This document shows positions 56,461 through 64,000 of a stretch of DNA of 64,000 nt, piece after piece (the first letter of the stretch is position 1; each line of letters starts with the position of its first letter). Below the pieces are notes generated by a model. The model was not told where the DNA came from and did not search any database. It saw nothing but the letters and a program-made list of their open reading frames with translations. Source of the stretch: Gammaproteobacteria bacterium (GTDB taxonomy: Bacteria > Pseudomonadota > Gammaproteobacteria > Pseudomonadales > Azotimanducaceae); assembly GCA_024640825.1 (NCBI GenBank), contig JAHEEG010000004.1, positions 1,812 through 65,811 of the forward strand, written 5' to 3'. The position numbers and the translations under genes are program-made.

Positions 56461-56987
56461 AGCATCGCATCAACCGCGTCACCACCCGCAGCGGCGATAC
56501 GGGACAGTCTTCGCTGGCGGACGGCGCGAGAATCGACAAGACGGATGCCGTCTTTGCAGCGATCGGCGACGTGGACGAGCTGAACTGTTTTGTCGGCATG
56601 CTGGTGAACGAACTCGAGCCGCAAGGCCCGTTTGCCGCTTTGTGCCAGGGGGTACAGCAATCGTTGTTCGACATAGGCGCTTTCCTGGCTACCCGGGGAG
56701 AGACCCAGGCCCCCGACGTGGAACCGCTGGAGGCCGAGGTCACAAAGCTTAACGCCGAACTGCCACCGCTCAGGGAGTTTGTGTTGCCGGGGGGCAGTCG
56801 GGCCGCCTCAGCCGCTCACGTGTGCAGGTCCGTCTGCCGACGGGCAGAACGCTCGCTGTGGGCCGCCGGGAACGACGCCGAAGCCTGCGCCCGCTATCTA
56901 AACCGATTGAGCGATTTCTTCTTCGTGCTGGCCCGCTGCTGCAATGCGGGATCGACCGAAGCACAGTGGCGGGGCTCACAGCGCTAG
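56457..56987 (+). CDS. PduO-type ATP:cob(I)alamin adenosyltransferase
   Basis: RVTTRSGDTGQSSLADGARIDKTDAVFAAIGDVDELN. ATGA overlap with the upstream gene. Confidence 0.85.
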   Translation: MKHRINRVTTRSGDTGQSSLADGARIDKTDAVFAAIGDVDELNCFVGMLVNELEPQGPFAALCQGVQQSLFDIGAFLATRGETQAPDVEPLEAEVTKLNAELPPLREFVLPGGSRAASAAHVCRSVCRRAERSLWAAGNDAEACARYLNRLSDFFFVLARCCNAGSTEAQWRGSQR

Positions 56988-58745
56988 GCGACGGACGTCT
57001 CGCAGCAGATCGCCGAGGTAGCTAACGAAGCGCCCGGCTTCCGCACCGTTGAGCGCCCGATGATCATAGCTGAACGACAGCGGCAGCATCTGTCTTGGCT
57101 CAAAATCAGAACCGTTCCAGAAAGGCTTCGTGCGCATCGCTGATACCCCCAGGATGGCCACTTCCGGCGCGTTAATGATGGGCGTGAAGCCGGTTCCGCC
57201 GATAGCGCCAAGGCTGGACACGCTGAAGGTGCCGCCCTGGAGATCGTTCATCCCGAGCTTCTGAGCTCGCGCCTTTTCCGCCAGCACGATGACTTCCTCG
57301 CTGAGCTCCCATATGCCCTTACGATCCGCATCCCTGATAACCGGCACAACCAGACCCTCCTCGGTGTCTACCGCCATGCCAATGCGATAGTAGCGTTTCA
57401 GAATATACGCTCCCTGAGCCATGTCCAGCGACGCGTTAACTGCGGGAAAGGCCTGCAGCGCGCGACAACAGGCCTTAATGATGAACGCTAGCGGCGTGAG
57501 TTTGACACCGCGCGATTCAGCCTCGTCTTTTAGGCTCCTGCGAAAGGCCTCCAGATCCGTTACATCTACTTCGTCGTGCTGCGTCACGTGGGGAAGATTC
57601 ACCCAGCTGCGATGCAGGTTCTCCGCACCCCTGGCCCGGATCCGCGAAAGCGGCACGATCTCGATCTCACCATAGCGGCTGAAATCGGGCAGGGTAATCG
57701 CGGGCAAAGCACCGGCCGAAGCCTCCGACCCTTGGCCGCCAGACAGCCGGCTTTTAACAAAGGACTTAACGTCGTCCTTGACAATTCGCCCGCGACTGCC
57801 GGACCCGTTGACGTCCGCAAGCTGGACCCCCAACTCCCGGGCAAGCCGCCGCACCGCCGGACCGGCATAAACTTCCGTTGCCTTCTTTGGCGCTTGCCCC
57901 CGGGCTTCGTTTTCCTGGGTCACACCGGGCGAAGGCTCGGCTGTTGATTGAGCAACAGGCTCGGCTGTTGATTGAGCAGCAGGCTCGGCAGGGGCCTGGG
58001 GTGAGGTTTTGGCCTCTACGGCGGCTTCGGCTTCCACATGCCCATGCGCTTCCGTCAGCTCTAATGTGACCAGCAGCGTGCCTTCGTCAACCTCGTCTCC
58101 TTCGGCTACGTGCACGGTCTGCACCGCACCGCGGTGATTTGCCGGAATCTCCATGGATGCCTTGTCCGACTCGACCACTACCAGGACATCCGTCTCCGTC
58201 ACTTGATCACCCGGAGCCACGGTGACCTCGATGACGACCACATTCTGGGCTTCACCGATGTCCGGAACACGGATCTCCAGGATCCGCCCGTCACCAGCGT
58301 TGGCAACCGTTTCTGTTTGCGCCGCCGGGATCTCTTGCTGTGACGCCCCAGGCGCTTGCTCTGTCGCCGCAGGCGGTTCTTCCGGCGCCGCAGGCGCTTC
58401 TTCCGGCGCCGCAGGCGCTTCTCTTTCAGCCGCGGAGAGATTTTCGTCGGTCGGGCTGGCTCCAGCGACATCGGCATCGGCATCGGCATCGGCATCGGCA
58501 TCGGCATCGGCCTTTGATGCGAGGCGTGCGATCACCTTGCCTTCCTGAACCTCATCCCCGACAGCTACCGTAATTTCTTCTACAACGCCGTCGATACCTG
58601 CGGGAACCTCCATGGAGGCCTTATCGGATTCGATGACGATAAGGACATCGTCCTGCGTAACCTGGTCGCCAGGTGCTACGCAGATCTCAACCACCTCCAC
58701 CGCTTCAGCGTCACCAATATCGGGTATGCGAATTTCCTGGATCAC
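56976..58745 (-). CDS. aceF: pyruvate dehydrogenase E2, dihydrolipoyllysine-residue acetyltransferase (two lipoyl domains)
   Basis: Two lipoyl domains (IESDKASMEVP and VESDKASMEIP), PSBD AGPAVRRLARELGV, and catalytic DHRALNGAEAGRF. GTG start. Confidence 0.95.
   Translation of the reverse strand: MIQEIRIPDIGDAEAVEVVEICVAPGDQVTQDDVLIVIESDKASMEVPAGIDGVVEEITVAVGDEVQEGKVIARLASKADADADADADADADVAGASPTDENLSAAEREAPAAPEEAPAAPEEPPAATEQAPGASQQEIPAAQTETVANAGDGRILEIRVPDIGEAQNVVVIEVTVAPGDQVTETDVLVVVESDKASMEIPANHRGAVQTVHVAEGDEVDEGTLLVTLELTEAHGHVEAEAAVEAKTSPQAPAEPAAQSTAEPVAQSTAEPSPGVTQENEARGQAPKKATEVYAGPAVRRLARELGVQLADVNGSGSRGRIVKDDVKSFVKSRLSGGQGSEASAGALPAITLPDFSRYGEIEIVPLSRIRARGAENLHRSWVNLPHVTQHDEVDVTDLEAFRRSLKDEAESRGVKLTPLAFIIKACCRALQAFPAVNASLDMAQGAYILKRYYRIGMAVDTEEGLVVPVIRDADRKGIWELSEEVIVLAEKARAQKLGMNDLQGGTFSVSSLGAIGGTGFTPIINAPEVAILGVSAMRTKPFWNGSDFEPRQMLPLSFSYDHRALNGAEAGRFVSYLGDLLRDVRRLAL
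57934..57992. repeat. 24-bp in-frame tandem repeat (about 2.4 copies) in an aceF linker
   Basis: ggctcggctgttgattgagcaaca / ggctcggctgttgattgagcagca / ggctcggcagg. It encodes AQSTAEP(A/V) repeats. Confidence 0.85.
58365..58424. repeat. 21-bp in-frame tandem repeat (about 2.8 copies) in an aceF linker
   Basis: cgccgcaggcg(g/c)ttcttccgg units. They encode APAAPEE repeats. Confidence 0.85.
58470..58511. repeat. hexanucleotide microsatellite (ATCGGC)x7 in an aceF linker
   Basis: Seven perfect atcggc units. They encode (Ala-Asp)x7. Confidence 0.95.
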
Positions 58746-58754
58746 GATGCTTCC

Positions 58755-61418
58755 CTAGACCAGTCTGGGGTTGGGTTTGTCCGGGTTGATGCCCAGATCG
58801 TCACGAGCCTGACGCACCGTCTCTACCGGAAGCTTCTGCGCGTCGGCCAGAGCCTTGAGCGCCGCCAGCGTCACGAAGCGGCGATCCACTTCAAAGAAGT
58901 GCCGCAACTCTTCGCGGGTATCGCTGCGGCCGAATCCATCCGTTCCCAGAACGACATAGGGCGCGGCGATTTCGGAGCGGATCAGCCCGGCCAGAGACTT
59001 CATATAATCGCTGGAAGCCACCACTGGCACATCCCCTTCGAGCAACTCGGCAACGTAACTCCGCCGCGGCTGCTCCGAGGGGTTCAGAAGATTCCAGCGC
59101 TCCACATCCTGAGCTTCTCGACCCAGTTCGACAAAGCTCGTCACGCTGAATACATCGACGGTAATTCCGTAATTCTCATGCAGCGTTTCAGCGGCGGCTT
59201 CCACCTCGCGAAGAATCGTACCGCTGCCAAGGAGCCTGACTCTTACGCCCTCCGCATCTCCCAACGTGCGCAGGTGATACATGCCTTTGAGTATGCCGCT
59301 CTCTACCCCCTCTGGCATAGCAGGCTGCATATAGCTCTCGTTCATCACCGTCAGATAGAAGAAGACGTTTTCTTTCTCCTGGACCATTCTGCGCAAACCC
59401 TCGTGAATGATCACGGCCACCTCGTAGGAGTAGCAGGGATCGTAGGAAATGCAGTTGGGAATGGTGGACGCCAGCACGTGACTATGGCCGTCCTGATGCT
59501 GCAAACCTTCACCGTTCAACGTGGTTCGCCCGGCGGTGCCACCAAGCAGGAAGCCTCGCGCCTGCATGTCCCCGGCGGCCCATGCCAGATCTCCGATACG
59601 CTGAAAGCCGAACATGGAGTAGTAGATGTAAAAAGGAATGAGCGTCAGTCCATGAGTACTGTAGGATGTCGCCGCCGCCAACCAGGCAGCAAATGCACCC
59701 GCTTCGTTGATACCTTCTTCCAGCACCTGACCATCTCTGGACTCGCGGTAAGCGGCAATCTCTCCAGAATCCTCCGGCTCGTAGAGCTGCCCGGCAGAGG
59801 AGTAGATACCCAGCTGGCGAAACATACCTTCCATACCGAATGTACGGGCTTCATCCGGAACTATGGGCACGATGCGCTTGCCGATTTTCTTGTCGCGCAC
59901 CAGCGTCGAAAGAATTCGCACAACGGCCATGGTGGTGGAGTTGGTCCGCTTGCCGGTACCCTCAAGCTGCCCCTTGAAGGCATCCAGACCAGGAACTTCA
60001 AGCACTTCATCGGCAACGGTGCGCGTTGGTATCGAACCTCCAAGGCGCCCCCGCTGTTTGGCCAGATAGACCATCTCAGGCGAGTCTTCGGGCGGCCGAT
60101 AAAAAGGAATGTCTTCGAGCTCCTTGTCGCTCAACGGTATGTCGAAGCGATCGCGGAAACGCTTGAGCTCATCGAGGTCGAGCTTTTTGACCTGATGCGT
60201 ATCGTTTTCTGCCTCACCGGCATCGCCCATCCCGTAGCCTTTCACCGTCTTGGCGAGGATAACCGTGGGCTCGCCCTTGTGATGCGTTGCCGAGTGGTAT
60301 GCGGCATAAACCTTGAAGGGATCATGCCCGCCTCTGTTGAGGCGCATGATGTCATCGTCGGACAGGTGCTCCACCAGCTCGAGAGTCTCCGGGTACCTGG
60401 CAAAGAAATGCTCCCGCGTGTATGCGCCGCCCTTTGCCTTGTAGTTTTGATATTCGCCGTCGACGGTCTCATTCGCCCGCTGCTGCAGCAGACCCGATGT
60501 GTCCTTGGCGAACAGGGGATCCCAATGCCGGCCCCAGATCACCTTGATAACGTTCCAGCCTGCGCCGCGAAACGTACCCTCCAGCTCCTGGATGATCTTG
60601 CCGTTTCCGCGAACGGGACCATCGAGTCGTTGCAGGTTGCAGTTGACGACAAAGATCAGATTGTCGAGTTGCTCTCGACCAGCGAGAGCAAGCGCCCCCA
60701 GAGCTTCCGGCTCATCACACTCACCGTCGCCGAGAAAAGCCCAGACCTTGCGGTCGCCCATGGGCACCAGGCCTCGAGTGTCCAGGTATTTCATGATGTG
60801 GGCCTGATAGATGGCCTGCAGCGGACCCAGCCCCATGGAAACTGTCGGAAATTGCCAATAGTCGGGCATGAGCCACGGATGGGGATAGGAAGACAGACCA
60901 TCACCCGCCACTTCACGGCGGAAGTTGTCCAACTGGCTCTCGGTCAGGCGACCTTCGAGAAAGGAACGGGCGTAGATGCCAGGTGACGCGTGGCCTTGAT
61001 AATAGATCAGGTCTCCGGCCTGCGCTTCTGTCGCGCCCCGGAAAAAATAGTTGAAGCCGACATCGTAAAGGGTGGCCGAGGAGGCGAACGAGGAAATGTG
61101 GCCGCCCAGATCGCCGGGACGTCTGTTGGCGCGCACCACCATGGCCAGCGCATTCCAGCGAATGAGCGAGCGTATGCGCCGCTCCATGAACAGGTCGCCA
61201 GGCATGAACGCCTGTTCTGTCTCCGGGATGGTGTTGCGATACGGCGTCGTTATGGTGTATGGGAGGCGAGCCCCCGTCTGCGTCATCCGCGCGGACAGGC
61301 GTTCCAACAGAAAGTTGGCCCGATCGACGCCTTCGTGTTCCAGCACGTACTCGAGCGCGTCGAGCCACTCGCGAGTTTCCAGAGGTTCTTCGTCGTTCAG
61401 TTCTCGTGGATATGCCAT
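58755..61418 (-). CDS. aceE: pyruvate dehydrogenase E1 component (homodimeric type)
   Basis: 887 aa. ETREWLDALEYVLEHEG N-terminus, with a ThDP-binding GDGE...N region. Confidence 0.97.
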   Translation of the reverse strand: MAYPRELNDEEPLETREWLDALEYVLEHEGVDRANFLLERLSARMTQTGARLPYTITTPYRNTIPETEQAFMPGDLFMERRIRSLIRWNALAMVVRANRRPGDLGGHISSFASSATLYDVGFNYFFRGATEAQAGDLIYYQGHASPGIYARSFLEGRLTESQLDNFRREVAGDGLSSYPHPWLMPDYWQFPTVSMGLGPLQAIYQAHIMKYLDTRGLVPMGDRKVWAFLGDGECDEPEALGALALAGREQLDNLIFVVNCNLQRLDGPVRGNGKIIQELEGTFRGAGWNVIKVIWGRHWDPLFAKDTSGLLQQRANETVDGEYQNYKAKGGAYTREHFFARYPETLELVEHLSDDDIMRLNRGGHDPFKVYAAYHSATHHKGEPTVILAKTVKGYGMGDAGEAENDTHQVKKLDLDELKRFRDRFDIPLSDKELEDIPFYRPPEDSPEMVYLAKQRGRLGGSIPTRTVADEVLEVPGLDAFKGQLEGTGKRTNSTTMAVVRILSTLVRDKKIGKRIVPIVPDEARTFGMEGMFRQLGIYSSAGQLYEPEDSGEIAAYRESRDGQVLEEGINEAGAFAAWLAAATSYSTHGLTLIPFYIYYSMFGFQRIGDLAWAAGDMQARGFLLGGTAGRTTLNGEGLQHQDGHSHVLASTIPNCISYDPCYSYEVAVIIHEGLRRMVQEKENVFFYLTVMNESYMQPAMPEGVESGILKGMYHLRTLGDAEGVRVRLLGSGTILREVEAAAETLHENYGITVDVFSVTSFVELGREAQDVERWNLLNPSEQPRRSYVAELLEGDVPVVASSDYMKSLAGLIRSEIAAPYVVLGTDGFGRSDTREELRHFFEVDRRFVTLAALKALADAQKLPVETVRQARDDLGINPDKPNPRLV

Positions 61419-61441
61419 AGATCCTTCTATTTACTGAAAAC

Positions 61442-61521
61442 GCCGGCCTGTTGCCTAAGAGGCCGGCATATTGCCGAGGATGCCGGTATATTGCCGGAGA
61501 TACCGCCCGATTGCCGCGAAC
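61442..61521. repeat. four tandem imperfect ~20-bp repeats (GCCGG-N4-TTGCC core) between the ROK kinase gene and aceE
   Basis: TTGCC recurs at 61451, 61471, 61491 and 61511, exactly 20-bp phasing. Units 2 and 3 contain the dyad CCGG(C/T)A-TAT-TGCCG(A/G). Confidence 0.8.
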
Positions 61522-61539
61522 GCCAGCCGACCGAGGCCG

Positions 61540-62610
61540 TCACTCGTCCCGCCCCCAGAGTTGGGCGGCTCCGCGCACGCCGCTGTCGTCCCCCCATCGG
61601 GCAGGCTCTACCGCAGTTCCCGCCGGCTGTTCCACCCCTTCAGACTGGTAACTGAAGAGGTAGCGGGGGAGATCGCTTTTGATGAACCCGTAGAGGTTTC
61701 CAATATTGGACACCCCCCCGCCGAGAACAATGGTCTGCGGGTCGAACAGATTCACTACCTGCGCCAGACTTCGGGTCAGCATGTTCGCGTAAAGCGCAAG
61801 CGTGTGCCGCTCCGGCTCCCGATCGGTTCGCCCGATCTCTTCCGGAGATCGGCTTTCGTGCCAAAGCGCCCGATGGGTCTCAGCCAGCCCCGGACCGCTG
61901 AGAAACGTCTCTATACAGTTTAGTCGGCCACAGTAGCATGCACGATGCGACAGTCTGGATTCTAACTGAAAAACCGTTGCATTCCGGCGACCTGGTGCTG
62001 TCCCCGCCAGAGAGCCTTCAGCGTCCGAAAAAAGAGAGCCTTCAGCGTCCGACAAAAGAGAGCCTTCAGCGTCTGCCAGAAAAGCACGTTGGAGGAAGTA
62101 AGGCAGAGGCATGTGACCCCACTCACCGGCAGCCCCGCTGGCACCACTCAGCAGCGAGCCATTCACCACCAGACCGCCGCCAACACCGGTCCCCAGGATG
62201 ACACCGAACACGCTGTGCGACCCCAGCCCCGCGCCATCCCGAGCCTCGCTGAGCGCAAAACAGTTGGCATCGTTAGCGATCCGTACCCGCGGGCCCAGGC
62301 GCGCAACGAGATCGTCCAGCAACGGCTGACCGTTGAGCCAGACCGAATTGCAGTTCTTCATCGTCCGGTTGTCCGGTTGCCAGCTGCCGGGCGTGCCAAT
62401 GCCAACCTTGAGATCGACGCCCGACGCGCCGACATCCCCCTGGAGCCTATCTATGAGATCGACGATGCTTTGCAAGGTGGCGCCATAGTCGTCGCGAGGG
62501 CTGGGCACCCGACGGGCAGCAACGACCTCCCCGTCCGGAGCCATGACCACGCCAGCCAGCTTGGTGCCCCCCAGATCCAGACCCAGTCGCAGTTGCGCCG
62601 CCGCGGACAT
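61540..62610 (-). CDS. ROK family sugar kinase (N-acetylglucosamine kinase-like)
   Basis: LGLDLGGTKLAGVV, GTGVGGGLVVNG, GEWGH, and zinc motif CYCGRLNCIE. Start at MSAAAQLRLGLDLGG (ATG 62610). Confidence 0.85.
   Translation of the reverse strand: MSAAAQLRLGLDLGGTKLAGVVMAPDGEVVAARRVPSPRDDYGATLQSIVDLIDRLQGDVGASGVDLKVGIGTPGSWQPDNRTMKNCNSVWLNGQPLLDDLVARLGPRVRIANDANCFALSEARDGAGLGSHSVFGVILGTGVGGGLVVNGSLLSGASGAAGEWGHMPLPYFLQRAFLADAEGSLLSDAEGSLFSDAEGSLAGTAPGRRNATVFQLESRLSHRACYCGRLNCIETFLSGPGLAETHRALWHESRSPEEIGRTDREPERHTLALYANMLTRSLAQVVNLFDPQTIVLGGGVSNIGNLYGFIKSDLPRYLFSYQSEGVEQPAGTAVEPARWGDDSGVRGAAQLWGRDE
62011..62082. repeat. 24-bp in-frame tandem repeat x3 inside the ROK kinase gene
   Basis: agagccttcagcgtccgaaaaaag / agagccttcagcgtccgacaaaag / agagccttcagcgtctgccagaaa. 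They encode (L/F)(A/S)DAEGSL x3. Confidence 0.9.
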
Positions 62611-62614
62611 CGGG

Positions 62615-63166
62615 CTATTCCGTCGCCAGAGCCGAAAGGGCGCGCGACCAGTCGAAACCGGGACCGGGATCAGCTTTGCGGCCAGGCGCAATCTCCTGAT
62701 GGCCGACGACGGCGTCCACAGACAGTCGCGGATAGCGCCTGAAAATTGCCTGAAGTACCTGCTCCAGCCGCCGATACTGAGCCCGAGTAAAGCGCCCGGT
62801 CTCTACCCCTTCCAGCTCTATCCCGATGGAAAAGTCGTTGCACCCGCTGCGTCCCCGCCAGCAGGATTCTCCGGCATGCCAGGCACACTGATCGAAGGGC
62901 ACAAACTGCGTGGTCCGACCGCGACGATCGATGAACAAATGCGCCGACACTCTCAAGTTGCGAAGATCGTCGTAGCTCTGGTGGCTGTCGCAATCCAACT
63001 CATTGACGAAAAGGCGGAGCACGTCCCCGGACCCGAAGTGACCGGGCGGCAAAGTAATGCAGTGAATCACCACCAGCTCGATACCCAGCGGTGCCGTTCG
63101 CCGGTCGCAGTTGGCGGACGGCAACCGCCTGATGCGGGACAGCCAATGGTCGTCTGTGACGTGCAA
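62615..63166 (-). CDS. ampD: 1,6-anhydro-N-acetylmuramyl-L-alanine amidase AmpD
   Basis: SANCDRR..., [15 protein letters not shown] and CAWHAGES (amidase_2). It is divergent from nadC, as in enterobacteria. Confidence 0.9.
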   Translation of the reverse strand: MHVTDDHWLSRIRRLPSANCDRRTAPLGIELVVIHCITLPPGHFGSGDVLRLFVNELDCDSHQSYDDLRNLRVSAHLFIDRRGRTTQFVPFDQCAWHAGESCWRGRSGCNDFSIGIELEGVETGRFTRAQYRRLEQVLQAIFRRYPRLSVDAVVGHQEIAPGRKADPGPGFDWSRALSALATE

Positions 63167-63270
63167 GGCGCTGCTTCAACCGGTTGAGATGGCTTTGGTT
63201 TAGCTTGCGCGGCATGCTCGCACGATTGCGGTATCCTCTCAATGCCAACTGCAGGCGAACTGAAGGATCA

Positions 63271-64000
63271 ATGAGAAAACCCATGCATGAGACAACCCCG
63301 TTCAGAATCGCTGTTGTGGACAACGTGCGCGCCGCGCTCGCCGAGGACATCGGTACCGGCGACATCTCCGCCGAGCTCATCGACGCGGATCGCCGGGCTC
63401 GCGCCAGGGTTATAACGCGATTGCGAGGGGTGTTCTGCGGTCGCCCCTGGGTAGAGGAAACCTGTCACCAGCTGGGCGGCAAAATACGCGCGATGTTCGA
63501 AGTGGAAGACGGCGACCGGGTCGAGCCTGGCCAGGTGCTGTTTACCCTGGAAGGCCCGGCCCGCGACATGCTGACCGCCGAGCGTACCATGCTGAACTTC
63601 GTACAGCTGCTGTCCGGCACCGCCACCCTGACCCACCACTATGTGGACCTGATAGCCGCTACCGGCGCAACCCTGCTGGATACCCGCAAAACGGTTCCGG
63701 GGCTCCGCCTGGCTCAGAAGTACGCCGTGCGTTGCGGCGGGGGCCGTAACCACCGCATCGGTCTGTACGATGCCTTTCTGATAAAAGAAAACCACATAGC
63801 CGCCGCCGGCGGCATATCAGCCGCCGTAAAGAAAGCCCGCAACCTCTACCCTGACCGGTCTGTGGAGGTCGAAGTGGAAGACCTGGACCAGCTTGCAGAG
63901 GCGATGGACGCGAACGCAGAAATCGCATTGATAGACAACTTCAGCCTGGAGGACACCCGCCGGGCTGTAGCGTTGACGCGGGGCAAAATGAAACTCGAGG
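63271..64000 (+). CDS. nadC: nicotinate-nucleotide diphosphorylase (quinolinate phosphoribosyltransferase), 3-prime end outside window
   Basis: My own translation reads ...[16 protein letters not shown]...[19 protein letters not shown]...[41 protein letters not shown]. It is missing from the ORF track because there is no stop in the window. An alternative start lies at 63283. Confidence 0.9.
   Translation, partial: MRKPMHETTPFRIAVVDNVRAALAEDIGTGDISAELIDADRRARARVITRLRGVFCGRPWVEETCHQLGGKIRAMFEVEDGDRVEPGQVLFTLEGPARDMLTAERTMLNFVQLLSGTATLTHHYVDLIAATGATLLDTRKTVPGLRLAQKYAVRCGGGRNHRIGLYDAFLIKENHIAAAGGISAAVKKARNLYPDRSVEVEVEDLDQLAEAMDANAEIALIDNFSLEDTRRAVALTRGKMKLE

Noticed and set aside
58899-60986. 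A 695-aa ORF antisense to aceE. Similar long antisense or alternative-frame ORFs occur elsewhere (for example 19448-20962, 7538-8515, 12363-13262, 22518-24074, 50807-52028).
   Set aside because: Each lies opposite a gene with unmistakable family motifs. Their translations are Arg/Pro/Gly/Ala-rich with no motifs. This is the expected stop-codon-poor shadow of high-GC coding DNA.

Overview
This is a GC-rich chromosomal segment (about 60% GC by eye) with gammaproteobacterial housekeeping synteny: groES-groEL, aceE-aceF, the divergent ampD/nadC pair, yajQ-ampG, sbcB, purC, metR, fxsA and gspA-gspB. About 70 protein-coding genes are supportable. They are densely packed and often translationally coupled through ATGA, GTGA or TGATG overlaps. 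I found no rRNA, tRNA, CRISPR array, transposase or integrase by eye. Long antisense ORFs are treated as GC-driven shadows of the recognised genes. Most of the window is ordinary metabolism, but several loci deserve a second look. (1) 13.2-18.1 kb holds a GT4 glycosyltransferase, two unrelated SAM methyltransferases, an alpha/alpha-toroid protein and a small membrane peptide. This inventory resembles the mycobacterial methylmannose-polysaccharide locus, but homology is not verified. (2) 29.6-35.3 kb holds five coupled genes: NUDIX, a MacB/YbbP-type ABC exporter (two genes), an AttH/CrtC lipocalin, and a second NUDIX. (3) 2.9-5.5 kb is a decayed accessory patch. It contains an orphan ParF/ParG-type partition cassette behind a 20% GC promoter block, flanked by a frameshifted PEP-CTERM gene and a sulfotransferase remnant that begins in frame right after the parG-like stop. 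(4) 18.3-24.3 kb is an acyl-CoA carboxylase operon with separate BC, BCCP and CT genes and a decayed SigJ-like sigma-factor remnant inside it. (5) A CIRCE operator lies in front of groES. (6) yajQ sits divergent to a response regulator whose GGDEF site is degenerate but whose I-site is intact. (7) There are in-frame tandem repeats in a ROK kinase and in aceF, and a 20-bp periodic repeat array upstream of aceE. All functional calls rest on motifs read from the translations. No database search was possible.
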